From positions 41,106,001 through 41,170,000 of the forward strand of contig NC_043010.1 in the NCBI RefSeq assembly GCF_006345805.1: a DNA stretch of 64,000 nt, read 5' to 3'. The DNA is from Octopus sinensis (lineage: Eukaryota). This document shows, piece by piece, positions 13,695 through 28,221 of the stretch (positions within the stretch are counted from its first letter, which is position 1; each line of letters opens with the position of its first letter). The translations under genes and the position numbers were made by a program. The notes beneath the pieces were generated by a model. That model searched no databases. It was not told the origin of the DNA and saw only the letters and a list, made by a program, of their open reading frames with translations.

Positions 13695-14206
13695 TATATA
13701 CATGCGTATACACACACATTCATGCACACATCAACCACTCTAAGTAACATATATATATATATATATATATTTATATAAAGCATTGTTTTATTCTTTTCTT
13801 GAATCTAATATTGAGTAGCATATGCATACGTATCTAACTATATGTGTGTGTGTATACATTTCCATGTAGACACTCACACATATACACATGCACCAACACT
13901 CATATCTTAACTTGCATCAACGACTGAAGCTAATAAAGATTAACTGAATGGTCCATGAACTGTCTTTGTTCACTGACAGTATTGAGGTGTTTATTAAAAA
14001 GAAAAGCAAAGATGAGATAACAGAAAAATATATCTTTTAACTATTCAAACAATGAATAAAGTATATTTTTAATATTTTTGCTTTTCAGCATTTCTTTTTT
14101 GCTTAGAGATATTGTTTATAAGTGCTATAATCTTTCTTCTGATTTTGTTTTAACATGGAGTTCTTGTTAGACCAATATATATATATATGTATATATGCAT
14201 GTATAT

Positions 14207-14452
14207 AAGCCCGTCGTATACATGTATATAAATATGTGTGTGCGTGTATGTTTGTGTGTGTGTGTGTATGTCCCCCTAGTATTGCTTGACAACCGATGCT
14301 GGTGTGTTTATGTCCCCGTCACTTAGCGGTTCAACAAAAGAGACCGATAGAATAAGTACTGGGCTTACAAAGTATAAGTCCCGGGGTCGAGTTGCTCGAT
14401 TAAAGGCGGTGCTCCAGCATGGCCGCAGTCAAATGACTGAAACAAGTAAAAG
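14207..14452 (+). mobile_element. SINE family B, 3' half
   Basis: aagcccgtcg...gactgaaacaagtaaaag. Confidence 0.8.
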
Positions 14453-14474
14453 AGTATACATACATATGTATATA

Positions 14475-15355
14475 TGAGACTAGTTATGATTAATAAAAAA
14501 AATAACTTATTTACCTAAGTTTTAACATCATCTCCTTTGAAATAGTCACTTTGCACAGCACTACACTGACCCCAGTGTTCCTGCCACTTTTGGAATCCGG
14601 CCTAGAATTTGCTTTCCATAAGCAAGTCAAGGACCTTCTGCAATTCACTCTAGATCTCGACAGCAGTGTTAAAACGGTGAATGTTTGGGCTGTATTTTCA
14701 TCTTGGGGAAGAGACGGAAGTGCACAGATACTAAATCTGGCAAACAGGGCTGGTGTAGAAGCGATACCATGATGTTTTTAGCAAGAAACTCACAAGTAAG
14801 GAGAGCTTGGTGACAGGGTGCATTGTTGTCATGAAGAATCCAATTTTTCATGCTCCACAGATCCAGTCGCTTTCACCAAATGTCCTTCCTTAAACACCTC
14901 CAAAACGTTGCAGTAGAACTCCCGACTGATTGTCTGGTCCTGGGGGATAAATTCTTGATGCACGATAACACATTTCTAGGAGTGATGGTCATGGCAGGTC
15001 TTCCAAATTGCTAATCATCTTCCAGAGACGTTCTTCTATTATTGAAGCACCTGTGCCACCTGAAACATTGCGTACGACCCATTACTTTGTTGCCATAAGC
15101 TTGCTGAAGCATGATCAATGTCTCTGTAGCAGACTTCCCAAGTTTAAACACAAAATTTTATATTGGCTCTTTCTTCCTGTCCATGACAAAAATTGCAAAC
15201 TACAGCATATATGTGATTACAGCAGTGTGCTGACATCGTTGTGTGTAAAGACAACAATGTCAGTACCCTGCTTCATGAAGGTCAATGTTGGCTTTCTCTG
15301 AGCACACAACTGTGTGCTGCTGTCTGTTGGTGCATTAAAAAACTAGTCCAGGAAC
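14475..15355 (-). mobile_element. mariner transposon relic
   Basis: ORF 14669..14851 WILHDNNAPCH...EFLAKN...HQPCLPDL...FRLFPKMK resembles the mariner HDNA/YSPDL motifs. A degenerate gactagtt TIR core is present at both ends. Confidence 0.85.
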
Positions 15356-18300
15356 TTTTGATATGCATGTATTTTTGTAAGTATGCATGCATGTATGTAG
15401 AAAATGATTTGTATAGCGCAAAAGTAAAATGGTTTCAGCTGTAATATTTTGTATTAGGAATACTTCTCTTAAGAGACGTGTGTGTGTATGTATCATCATC
15501 ATCATCATCATCATTTAACGTCCATTTTCCAAGCTGGCATGGGTTGGCTGTCTTGGCAGGAACTGGCAAGGCCAGAAACTGCACCAAGTTCCACAGTCTG
15601 TTTTGGCTTGCTTTCTATGGTTGGATGTTCTTCCTGATAGCAACCACTCTACAGAGTGTAGTGGATGCTCTTTATGTGGTGCGAGCATGCTCACCAATGC
15701 TTTTTGCATAGTTTCTTGGTTTTAGGATCTCAATTTTGTTGTGGTGGGCAACTCTTCTCAAATATGGTAATGTGCCACATATCACAGTCCTCTGTCACAT
15801 ACTTTGTAAGGCTCAGCATTTTGAGATTGGCCCTCAATGCTTCATTCCATGTCTTCCTAGGTTTCCCTTTTCCACAACTCCCTATGCAATTGTCTATGTA
15901 TGTATATACTTATTATATTATGTATATGTATATCCCTTAATAACAACACCCAATATTGAATCCTTTAAGCGCATGCTAGATAACACCTTCTCATGAGCCA
16001 AGTAGCATCAGCTGACGGATGCTCTATTCACAAGTTGTGATACTGCTTCCACAACAGCTGCACACGGCAATCCTGATCATAAAAAATGATGAAAAGGAGA
16101 GGTGACAATACACATCCCAGCTGAAGTCCAACATCCACATTGAAAGTTGAAAGGTTGTGACTCAGTACCACTTACTCAGACACAAACATGTGGGCATGAA
16201 TTAGTCAGAAGCAACATAATGAGACACTTAATGTTTCTTTACATCATCAAGGATCTAGCTGCCTACGGACAGGTGATACAGCACTGCTACAGCAAACAGT
16301 AACAGTGCTGTAAACTGGAGAACTGTTTCAACGATGTCCTATATAGAGTTCAATTTCTCAAGTTGGTGTGGCCAGAGAGCTGTAAAATTCTTACTGGTTA
16401 CTTTTATATGCTCAGATATACTATGACAATATTCATGATCTTAGGGAGGTGAATCAGCAGTCATTAGAGCAACATTTCCCAAAATCAGCTCCAAAGAATA
16501 TCAGAGTTCCAAGAAACATTTCTAGGACTCCGTGAGTCTTTTTGATATAATTTGATATAATTTGATAAGAATTTATTTTATAAAAAATATAGTATTCACC
16601 ATTCTTAAAATTATATGTGGGAAGAAGGTTGTGAATGAATTCTTACTCTTTTGTTTCATTTAATATTTAATTAAAATGAATATGGTGGGGTTTGTCTATA
16701 GAATATAGGAATGAGTTCTATTGGTTTGGGAGAATTTATGTGGAACTCACAGCAGTAGAATGCCTTGTGGTATTCATTTTGGTTTCCTAAACTTCAAGTT
16801 TAAAGTCCACCAAGTTCAACTTCTGCTTTCATCCTTTCAGGGTCAATAAAGTGCCAGTCCTGTAACATTATTGCTCCAACTTCTCTTTCTCTCTCTCCCT
16901 CCCATCCACCTCTCTCCCTCCCATCCACCTCTCTCCCTCTCTCTCTCTTCCTCTGGAAAAAGTCAGTTGTGGCCAGATCTGGAGGGATGATGGACTCTAT
17001 CAGGTTTTTATATCCTAATACACACTGTATGTCACAGCAGCACCTCTGTGGCCCTATAAGGAATGAAGCCTCAGGAAAGAAACAAAGATTTGTTTCATAA
17101 TTTCCATTTCAAGGGTACCAAAGTGAAGTCACAGTCATACTAAGGACAATACTTTTATGCTCATAGCTCCAAACCCAAGTCTACCATGACAATACTATCT
17201 TCAGTACAAGAGAACCAAGGTTGTTCATATTCAATGTCTCCAACATAAGTGTACAATGGTTGTACTCAGGCTTCAACCCAGAAGTACCCTGGTTCTACTT
17301 GTGGTCTTCCACCCACAGATATAACAATGAAAGAAGCATAATTCTTTGAGGATGGTGTTGATTAATTTTCCAATTAAAAGAGAATCAATAATTATCATTA
17401 AATATATATTTTATTTTCAACTTCTTGAAACATGTTTACAAATTCTCACACACACACACACACAAAATACAAAGAGAAATATATGTATGTGCACATATAC
17501 AGATGCATACTTACACACTCGATAACTGTTTTATATATTTTCCGTCATCCCATCAAAGAGTATATGAACTGAATTAGCTCATCAAGATTACTGACACCTC
17601 TCTTCTTAAATGTAACTAATAGTAATAGTTGTAGAGGAACTACAATAAATTGCAACCAACAATCCCAAGGATAAAAACAGGACTATCTATAAAAAAAAAT
17701 ATTCTTCTCGGTAAGAAAAATGAAGTAGAAAAAATATTCTTCTCAGTAAGAAAAATGAAGTAAAAAATAATGGATCCAAATAACCAAGAAAATGAATGGA
17801 AGCACTAGAAAAATGTTCAAGTGGAAAGAAAAAAGATGAATAAATAATGGCAAGATTCAGTAAGAGATTTTTCAATCAATTTCAGATGCAATATGGTTAT
17901 ATGCTGAGTTCAGTTTACATCTTCAAATGTAATTATTGTTGTTAATATTGTGTGGCGGCCCAGGTCAATCCCAATTTGACCAACCTATGTATGACTCATA
18001 TGTAGTTGGTTAAATGATTTGGACCAATCCACAGATTCATAGCTTCAGAAAGACTATATCATCTTCCTACTGAGAACCATACCCTGCTTTACTTCACGGT
18101 CTAACATGCAATGGTTAATTGTCTGTAGGGCAAAGTTGCTGTCTGTACACGTTGTACTCCGGTTATTGTTGTTGTTATATACCACCAGGTTAGCCCTCAT
18201 CAAGCAAACACATGGCACAGAGACAGTGAACTAAATGACTATGTATGATGCAAAGATCGTGGCTGCAGATATTACTATGTCTCTGACTGGTTGAAGATCC

Positions 18301-18499
18301 CACTACTCTGTAGATTCAAACATACAGTGGTTAAACATATCAAGATCTATGCAAAAAGAAACCAAACTTTAAAACAATGCGCCAACCAACCAGCACATCA
18401 TGCTTGTGTCTGCAGTACCATATATGGATGGCTTAGATAATCAGTTGAATAACGGTTACAGCAGTTAGTTGTTGATCTATACATGTTAGAATCAATTTA

Positions 18500-19320
18500 T
18501 GTTTAGCACACTTGGTAATATGTTGCAAGTCGAACAATAAAGGATTTTAGAAATTTTGATATTAAGCTTGGCCTGGTAGGCCGAAAGGATTTTGAAAGAA
18601 CAACACATTAGTGTGAAATTGCGAAAAACATTTTCTAATGTTACAATGGGCCTCTGAAGAAATTTGTTTCAGCTCTGTATAATATCATAAGTAGCACCAA
18701 TATGTCAAATTGAGAACATCCACCAAATCCAATCCCAAATCTAGACAACTGCCTGCAACAACAGACAAAGATCATTATGCCAAAGGACATGCAGTGATCT
18801 GTGAATATCATTGCTTGGTTGTTTGTGAAATTTCCAAACAAATAGGCATCTGTTGATGCGAAATGGTTTTAAAAGAAAACAAACCAGATCACAATCAGTC
18901 AGGAGCTGTATGGTCATCTAAATGTCAAAATATAGGGGTATGGTTGTGATATCGAAACAAAAAGGCAGTTGTTGCAATGGGTTGGATCATGGCCATGACC
19001 ACAAAAAAAATGCACAAATGTGAAAGTGGAGTCTTTTTTCTATTGAAAAGATGTTGTTCATTATGAATTATGCATATTCATGGACATAGAAAATTCGGGT
19101 GCTGCACCATGAAATTGCATTTGCTTATGCATCACTCCATATCTGTAACTTCTGTCAAAGCAAGAGATGGCTCTCATGATTTAGTATCTGTGGACTTTTC
19201 CCTGTTTCGAAAGTCGAAATCCACTGAAAGGACCCAATTTCAGGCAACAGAATAGATGGGATCAAATAAAATCACTATGACAACAGCACACTAACTTTGA
19301 AATATATTCCAGGAGTTTTA
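18500..19320 (+). mobile_element. mariner transposon relic
   Basis: Fragments EQHISVKL (N-terminus) and GYGCDIETKRQL.QW resemble mariner YGYDIETK.QSSQW. Confidence 0.65.
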
Positions 19321-20824
19321 AAACAGGAAACAACATTAGAAGAAGTGTAACAACAATAAGGGAAATTATTTTGACAGAAACAAATTTGATTAAATTCTAT
19401 ATAAATCAGTAACTGTGTATTTTCAAGAAGTCCAATTTTCTTTTTAGATAGACAATTAATGGTGCAGCATTGCAGTCTGTTTGTCTACATCTATAAAATA
19501 TGGGGGTGAACCAAGTCAAGTATCATTATCAACATCATCAACTTTGAATCCAGTATTCCACAATAGTTCCATTTGGAGACATCTGGGATAGTTTTCTCTC
19601 ACACACTTTAATTCCATATCTTGTAATACATAATGTTAGGTATGTATAATTTTTTTTTTTCACTTTATTTCACAGTTGTCTAACTTTTCATTTTATAGTC
19701 AACCAGGATTTATAATCTAAATCAGTGACTCCTAACAAGAAATCATATGGAGCCACGGGTGCTCTGCCACATTTTCAGGGTCACAAGTAAAAAGGGAACA
19801 GTTGTAAACTCCAGAGGCTTTTGAGATATTTACATACAAATTTAATTGCCTGACATACAATCAACTTATCATAGTTCACCTCATGTATTTTTCTTTTGTA
19901 CCAGTTTTAATTAGAGAATTATTCTAAATTACTGAGTACTATCTAGTTGGTATAACTGAAATTCAAAACAATGGCAAAGAAACAATAGTATTTGATCACT
20001 TTTATGAAGATGTTTAGCAACACTAGACATTATTGGCTACCTTGTGGTCATCTCAATACACTTTCTATTTTAAGGTATGGTTTTAAAGCTAAATTTTCAT
20101 TTCACCAATCACAAAGGTGTTAACAATCGTGTTTATGGAAGACTTTATTGTAGAATCTAGAAAATAGATATGTATGTGTCTTGCAGAAATTCTTTCCAGA
20201 TGAAATCCAGAGATTCTCCGTATAGAAGATACTGGTGCTCAAAAGATTCAAACTTAGACTCCAATGTCTTTCCAGGGGATCATCCACAAGGTAAAGAAAG
20301 GCTATAAGAGGGATCAAGTTGAGCGGGTATAGAGGCAATTATGCAGATTAACAAATTAGATATCTAATTTGTAAGGCTCCAGTTTAGGAGTTCTGGAGTT
20401 GTGGGAAGCATGGAATCACCCCTTAATTACCGTTACTCACAGGTCCATTGTGACTGGGGGCAGTAGTATCTGTCAGGGTTCCCTCTATGGGTTAAATAGA
20501 TTTTTGCCCAGGGGTAGAAGAGGCTCCTGGTGTTTTTGAAAAAGCTGTGGGGAAGTCTTGTCACCGGAACCTACTACTATGGTGGCTGAGAGACTGGCAA
20601 AAGTGTCGTACAAGCTGTCATCACTAATTTCAATGACATACAGGTGTGCCACAATATTTCCATTGTTTTATCCATTTTGTACTTGATAAAATCCTTTGAT
20701 GATGGATGCATGGCAGGAAAATTCATATCCTTGCACATGTAAGGATGAAAATAAATTTTTAAAATCAGGCTGAATATGAGGCAGCTATCATCTGACAAGA
20801 TGAGGTAATCATCATCATCATCAT

Positions 20825-20871
<47 letters not shown>

Positions 20872-22333
20872 GTATATATATGTATATATATGTATATATA
20901 TTATCAGTCACACATTCATAGTATATGTGTTTTAGAGCAAATATGCATATCGGAAATGGGAATTGCAAATTTAGCTGATACAGATGAAAGCAAGACATGT
21001 AAGATACAGAAACATGTACAATTCAGCAATTTGTTTTAAATGGTGTGTGTGAGACTATGAAATAAATTCATTTCCTTTGTTATCTCATTTGATAGCTTCT
21101 TGTCGGTTTAAATGTTAGAGGCTGATAAGAATATAAAAAGCTATAACCAAGTAGTAGTCTTCAAAGGCACAGCAGAAACTCTCTTGGGTAAATTAAAAGA
21201 AATTAAAGCTGATGTTAAGGAAATAACATAGTCATTTCTTTTAGGAGGCAAAATATGAGAATGCTCAGCCTTTATTGAATATTTGTTTTGATATAAATGC
21301 TCATTGTTTAATGCAAATGAAGCTGATGGTGATGTTATATTAAGAGAAAGTCTTAAATTTCAGTGTGATCAAAAAGTTTCAATGACATTTGAAAATGGAC
21401 AAAATTTACACAAAAGCAGTGAAATTATTATTAAGAATTATCACTCTTCTTGGTAATTCTTAGTAACTTCACTGCTTGTTAAAAGTTGTATACTATCGTT
21501 TTACTAAATCTTTAGCTGGGTTACTCAAAACTACCAAACATTTCACAACTGCCTTAATATTACAGAGAAGTGACCTTCATTTACCACCAACTATTCTGCA
21601 GCAACAAATTGAAAGACTTGTGCATTTGTTTCAGCTATATGGTCCACAATGAATATAATGAATATAGAGCTGATGAATATAAGAATATTTTTTGGCTACT
21701 TGATATTTTATATAAGTTTTTTTTTTTTTTTTTTAAATTACACATTTTTGGAGTTAATGTTTGGCAGCTTCTACTCCTGGGTTGCATTTATGACTTTACA
21801 GGATTTTGTTTGCTGATATAGTTTTATTGGTATAGAAATTGTTGTTTTTGTAAGCTATTACAAATACTTTGTTTTTACATGATACAACTGATAAATATAG
21901 CAATTGATAAGATACTACTCTTTTTCTTTTTTCAACTAACTGCCTGTATGAGATGCTACAGAGCTAAGTTAAATTTAGAAGAGAGTCATGAGTAAAAAAA
22001 TGATGAAGAACCACTGATCCAGATAACCTAAACTCATCGCAGATTTAAAGTTTAAATATAACATATCACTTTGTTTTCATCTTTCTCTGTCCCCCCACAT
22101 ACACATACACTCAAACACACTCTCACTCATACTAAGTCACCCACTCAAGTACACATTCTCTCGATTTTTCTTTTTACAATCCAAAATGACAGTCATTGTT
22201 AAAAATCAAGTCATCTTAAAAAAAAGAAATGTTAATAAATCTTTTTTTTTTTTTTTAACAGAACTGATGCCAAGTAGAAATTTCCAAGACATCCATTAGC
22301 AACAGGTCATGGAACATCATCAGCAAATCTTAC

Positions 22334-22459
22334 AGACCTTAAAGATTCTTTTGATTTCGCTTCAAGTCCATCACAAACTGTCTTTAAATGTTTCTGATGA
22401 GCAGCCTCACATTTCAATAGTTCATTCTTGTGGTTCGCTTGTTGTTTGGCCAGTTCATT
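22334..22459 (-). CDS. FAM184A: FAM184-like exon (NELAKQQANHKNELLKCE...KESLRS, 42 aa), last exon recognised
   Basis: Hand-translated. Acceptor tatttcag|AAT, donor TCT|gtaaga. Phase 0 is compatible with exon 34420-34581. Confidence 0.7.
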
Positions 22460-22760
22460 CTGAAATACAAAAATGTCAAACTTAGGGCAATTAAGAGGTA
22501 ATTCTTTTATTCTCTTTTATTCTCTTACAAGTTGCTTAGTGACCTCACCAGTGCTCAAGTCATGAAAGAAGCACCCAGTACACTCTGTAGAGTGATTGAT
22601 GTTAGGAATAGCAAGCACCAGGCTGTAGAAATCATGCCAAAGGCTGACATCTTAGCTTGGCACAGTCCTCTGGTTTACCAAACCCTGTCTAACTGTCCGA
22701 CCCATACCAGCATGGAGAACGGAGTTTTAATGATGACAATTATGATGATGATGATGATTA

Positions 22761-22930
22761 TGACAGAGGGTGACCATAAAGTCTGGATACATAGGCAAAA
22801 ATGACAATGTTTGGTTAATCTTAAGCTTTTTTGCTATAGCTGTTTTGCTTTTGCCTCCTTTGTTGAGGGCTATGATTGTATTTTGGTCTATAGCTATTAT
22901 CTGATTTATAAATCTGAATTTATTTAGTTT
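22761..22930 (-). mobile_element. Tc1-like end fragment
   Basis: cagagggtgaccataaagtc TIR-like end. Minus-strand IIALNKGGKSKTAIAKKLKIN is an HTH-like start. Confidence 0.5.
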
Positions 22931-22944
22931 GAAACAAAAAGAAG

Positions 22945-23310
22945 ATACATGTTGCTGTGTGGTAAGTTCAGTCCCACTGTATGGCACCTTGGGCAAGTGT
23001 CTTCTACTATAGCCCCAGGCTGACCAAAGCTTTCTGAGTAGATTTGGTAGATGGAAACTGAAAGAAGCCCGTTGTATATATATATATATATATATAAATA
23101 GATGTATGTGTGTGTGTCTGTATTTGTTCCCCCACATCACTTGACAACTGATGCTGGTGTGTTTACGTCCCCGTAACTTAGCAGTTTGGCAACAGAGGCC
23201 AATAGAATAAGTACTAGGCTTACAAAGAATAAGTCCTGAAATCGACTTGCTCTACTAAAGGTGGTGCTCCAGCATGGCCAATGTCAAATGACTGAAACAA
23301 ATAGAAAAAT
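22945..23310 (+). mobile_element. SINE family B copy
   Basis: Collinear with 3965-4345. Confidence 0.8.
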
Positions 23311-25227
23311 AAAAGAACAAGCGAATAAACTTCTAGAAGGATGTATAATTTTCATATCTTATCACATTTATTGACAGGTATTAAAGCCCGAAACTTTGGT
23401 TGCCTTAATTTCAGGACATCCTGTATATATCATCATCATCATCATCATCGTTAACATCCGTTTTCCATGCTGGTATGGGTTGGACGGTTTGACTGAGGAC
23501 TAGCAAGCCAGTAGGCTGCACCTGGCTCCAATCTGATCTGGCAAGATTTCTACAGCTGGATGCCCTTCCTAATACCAACCACTCTGAGAGTGTAGTGGGT
23601 GCTTTCTATAGGCCACCAGCAGGGAGCTAGTCAGGGGTCACTGGCATTAACCACATTTGGATGGTGCTTTTTACATGTCACTGGCATGGGAGCCAGTCAA
23701 GGGGCTCTAATCCTATATATACTCTCTTAAGTTAGGCATCTATTTTTAGCTATCCTTACTGACCACTGAACTAAATATTCTTTCTGACCACACCAAACCT
23801 AGAATTCATCTATTTAATTAAGGGCCATAAATGTCTTCCTCTTCCACTTTACCAAAACCTTAATGCCTGACCTCTCACTCTAAATTGACCTTAACGAGTA
23901 ATAATAAGGGCATCTTATCTTTATCTTTAATTTTGATTTTTAATTTTATTTTTATTTCATTCATTCTTTCCCCGCACCTATCCCATTCTTTTCTTTCTTT
24001 CTCCTCTCTCTTCTATTCACTCACTCACAACCCATATCTGTCTATCATGATGTCTGTCTTTCTCACTCTATATACCCACTTGGACAATTTTCATACTAGC
24101 TAACCTTTTAATCTATTCCTTCAACATATGAACACACCATTCAAAATACTGCCAAAATACTGCCTGGGATTATACTTAAGGACCTATACCTTCACAGAAG
24201 TACAGACCAACCTCCATACTCTCTGGAAGATGTGAACTTTATTCCCCTCTCTGTATTCTTCAATCTACTTGTTTTCCTCTCTATTCTTCGATCTACAATT
24301 TTATTCCTTTATAAACTGTGAATCTTTCATATATACTCACCTTGGTTCTGATGACCGAATAGCCAGTGTACAGACACGCTAGCCTATAACTTGGGATACC
24401 CCAGAAACAACTCTAATTAATTAATTAACTAATTAATTACCTCAAATCATTAAATGTTCTAAATGACATGAGGTACTCGTCTTGCCTTGGTTTTTGTTGC
24501 TATTTTTCTTTTAATATATACTGCTAATACGGAAGCTTAATATAGATCCCAAGCTCCAGCCTCAGCTGTGAACTTGGAACTTAACGGATGACCAATTATA
24601 GCACTTACACAGTGTACCTATTCGTTTAGATCATCAGTGAACTAAACCCCTTCATATATATATACTTTTATCTTATATTAAACTTTTTAATACTTTTTGA
24701 TAGTTATATATATTTAATAAAATAAATAAATAAATAAATAAATAAAATAAAAAATGAAAAATAAATAAAAATAAAAATAAAAATTTATAAATATAAATTA
24801 ATGATTTTAATTTTAAATTTAAATAATTTAAATTTTTAAATTTTATATTTTATATATATTGTATATTATATTAATTATTTTTATTTTTATGTTTTGGTTT
24901 ACATTTTTCACTGTTTGATTTGCCTAATAATGGTTTTATCTCTAATTTAATTTATATATAAATATGTGTGTGTGCATATTATATATATATAGACATACAT
25001 ATATACATATATATATATGTATATATAAATATGTATGTATATATATATATATGTGTGTGTACATATAAATATATAATATATATATATATGTATATATATG
25101 TATATACATATATATACACACATACAAATATATACATAAATATATATATATATGCATATATACATGCATATATGTGTGTGTGTGAATGTATGTATGTATA
25201 TATTCTTTTATTTATTTACTTATTTTG

Positions 25228-25443
25228 GTCATCTGATGATGGCCATGCTGGAGCACTGCCTTTAGTCAAACAAATTAACCCCGGGACTTATTCTTTGTAA
25301 GCCTAGTACTTATTCTATTGGTCTCTTTTACCAGACCACTATGTTACAGAGATGTAAACACACCAACATCAGTTGTCAAGTAATGGTGGGGGGACAAACA
25401 CAGACACACAAATACACACACACATACACACACACACACACAC

Positions 25444-25481
<38 letters not shown>

Positions 25482-25620
25482 TATATGACGGGCTCTTCTC
25501 AGTTACCGTCTACCAAATCCACTCACAAGGCTATGCTATAGTAGAAGACATTTGCCCAAGATGCCACGCAGAGTGACCGAACCCAGAACCATGTGGTTGG
25601 GAAGCAAGCTTCCTACCACA
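25228..25620 (-). mobile_element. SINE family B copy
   Basis: Collinear reverse complement. Confidence 0.75.
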
Positions 25621-26255
25621 CACACACACATACAAATTTACTTGTAAATGTTTACATACATATTACATCTTTAAAAAACTACATAAACGTGTTTGTGTGT
25701 GTATGTGTATATGTGTGTGTGTGTGTTTTTGTATGTGTGTGCGTGCATGACATGCAACCTTGTCACACATTGTTTCATTATAGATTCTGTCTAATGATTA
25801 TATAAAAGGTGCAAGTGTTAATAGACTACTCAGCCATTTAAGATATAATTCAAAAGACAGGTAAGCTTCTATAATTAAACTAATTGGCAACATCGTTAAA
25901 ACTAAATGAAATTCTATACACACCACATTTGCTATTGATGTATTACAAGGAGGTATTATATATCTTATTGTTGCCGTTTAGCCCCAGGTCAGCCGTGATC
26001 AAGCATTCTGCCCATGACAATCCAATCAATTTTTTTAGGTTTACTGTACTCCAGACTACATTATCCAATGTGTTCTTTCTTTTCAAACAGTATGATGAAG
26101 TTTGAGGGAGTTTTAACTGTTATTTCTTGCATGCTGAACAACTTTCCAGAAGCTTCCTTATTGACCTGTTTAAGTGCTGTACAAGATGTACATACGTGTG
26201 TAAAAATCTGTGTAAGTGATCCGTTAAATGACATTAGAGCCATCCTCGTTAAGTG

Positions 26256-26293
<38 letters not shown>

Positions 26294-26857
26294 TTACATG
26301 TGTATGTTCACGTCTACATGAATAAACATCATCATGACAAGTATGCAAGTATTTTCGGAAATGAAGGAAGGAAAAAAAAAAAAAAAAAAACTCCTCAGTT
26401 GTAATAGCTTTGAAGAGGATAGAAATTTCCTTTCCTCAGTGTGGGTTTTCCCAACAGGGATTGTATGTTGATTGGAACAGAATTAGCCAATCAGAAACAA
26501 GGGAGGCAAATATCAGTTTATATATATATATATAGAAAAGGATTTCATTCCATGGAGTGTTACACTTTCATTCAGTCAGGCAGAGTGCTGAGATTGAAAA
26601 AAAAATTTTTCTCTTTTACTTTATTTTATAAGATTTCCTCTTTACTAGAGAGAAGAGTGAAGTTGTAAGGTATTACTAATGAAAACAGAAGGACACTGAC
26701 ATGTACTAGCAGTAGATATCTGAATTATTTGACTCACAACAGACTGAGCAGTATCTGTAGACAATAAACAATACTAACAACAACAAGAACAATAATAATA
26801 AACACAGCAAATCATAATACATAAATCACTCTCCTTCATATTTACATAATACAAACA

Positions 26858-27363
26858 ATGACATACAAACTGTACTTCTTCTGCGTGTGCGCAGTATTAT
26901 TCACAAAGTGCATACCTGGGGTGCTTAACCTTCAAACAAATAATTTGACCACTGCAAAACCTGAACCAGTCACAACCACCTTGGACACATACACAGCAAC
27001 CCAAGAAGCCTTCACATCTAAATTTGAAGATGGAAGAGTAGAAGATGAAGATGAACAAGATCTACCTCAAAACAAGACACAGATTAATGAAGATTTTATT
27101 TCTGCAATAAAGCTGAGAAAATTACTTTTCTCAACAATGACACCAATACTGTGTGCCCTTGGAATTCTTGGAAATATCATGAACTTGATCGTACTCTGCC
27201 AGAAACAGATGAGAGGGTCTACCAACTGCTTCCTGATAGCACTTGCTGTTTCTGATATGATGCTTCTCGCCATGCAGATAGGACCCTTGATCGTATCCAC
27301 TGAGAATGTTATTGGCTACTCACGAAAGTATATAATTACTTCTCGTTACTTAAGAATTATTCG
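26858..27363 (+). CDS. Rhodopsin-class GPCR (FMRFamide/sex-peptide-receptor-like), exon 1: N-terminus, TM1, TM2
   Basis: aaacaATG start. TM1 GILGNIMNLIVL, TM2 STNCFLIALAVSD. Donor CG|gtgagt, phase 2. Confidence 0.9.
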
Positions 27364-28094
27364 GTGAGTACTCACAAAATTTTTTAATCTTTCTATTTGT
27401 GTTATGAAAATCAAATTGAAATGATTAATCTTTGTAAAAAGAAAACTAAAATGTGTGGTGGTTTATAAGTTTACAAATTTTAGGATTTTCAAACTCATCT
27501 TTGAAAAGGAAAAATTTTTAAGAATTCGTGTTTTCACTATATTTCATCAGCTAGATCTTCAACTATTGCAAGTGTTTTATACATGAAAATACAAGTAGTA
27601 CCAAACTAAGAAAGAATATTTCTAATCGACAAACTTGGAAACCTTATTCTTAAAGTTATGGGATTACATTCTTATCTATTGAAACTAGTTTAGGATTTAA
27701 AGTTCTTTGTTCAAATTTAGCATGGTATTGTATACACATCCAGGAATAAGACATCTGGTGATGGTCAGTGACCAAACTAATCAAAATGTAGGATTGATAT
27801 CAATATTGAAAATTCATTAAAACACACATAAGGTGAATAGTAAAACAAAAAAAATCTTTCCTTATTTACATAATCACACTTTAAACATTTACTGTGTAAT
27901 TATTTGAAAATGAATGAATGAATGAATGAATGAATACATACATACATACATACATACATACATACATACATACAATATCGCAGACACATACACAAGGTAT
28001 GTGTTTTGCTAGTCCGTGGGTAGGCTACTCTTATAGGCATAAGAGAATATATTATTTACATTTGATGGATATTTGTCTCATCTTGTTTGTTGTT

Positions 28095-28137
28095 AACACA
28101 TTTCGGCTGATGTACCCTCCAGCCTTCATCAGGTGTT
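28095..28137 (-). ncRNA. Hammerhead relic lacking stem III, inside a fold-back in the GPCR intron
   Basis: Minus strand reads AACAC-CTGATGA-a-GGCTG(gagggtacat)CAGCC-GAAA-t-GTGTT. Confidence 0.55.
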
Positions 28138-28221
28138 TTGTTGTGTAAACAACAAGATGAGGACCAATATCCATCAAATGTAAATAGTAATTATTATTAT
28201 TATTATTATTAAGATTGCAAG

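Noticed and set aside
17690-17770. 34-bp tandem duplication
   Set aside because: An ordinary local slip with no spacers; not CRISPR-like.
20187-20290. Plus-strand AG...GT blocks here and near 4512-4556 as GPCR 5' UTR or lncRNA exons
   Set aside because: Indistinguishable from chance splice-site matches in AT-rich DNA.
24340-24370. GGTT-CTGATGA-cc-GAAT-AGCC as a hammerhead
   Set aside because: No stem II or III and GAAT instead of GAAA; at most a collapsed relic.
24610-24645. Minus-strand CTGATGA-tctaaac-GAAT
   Set aside because: No stem I or II pairing could be built.
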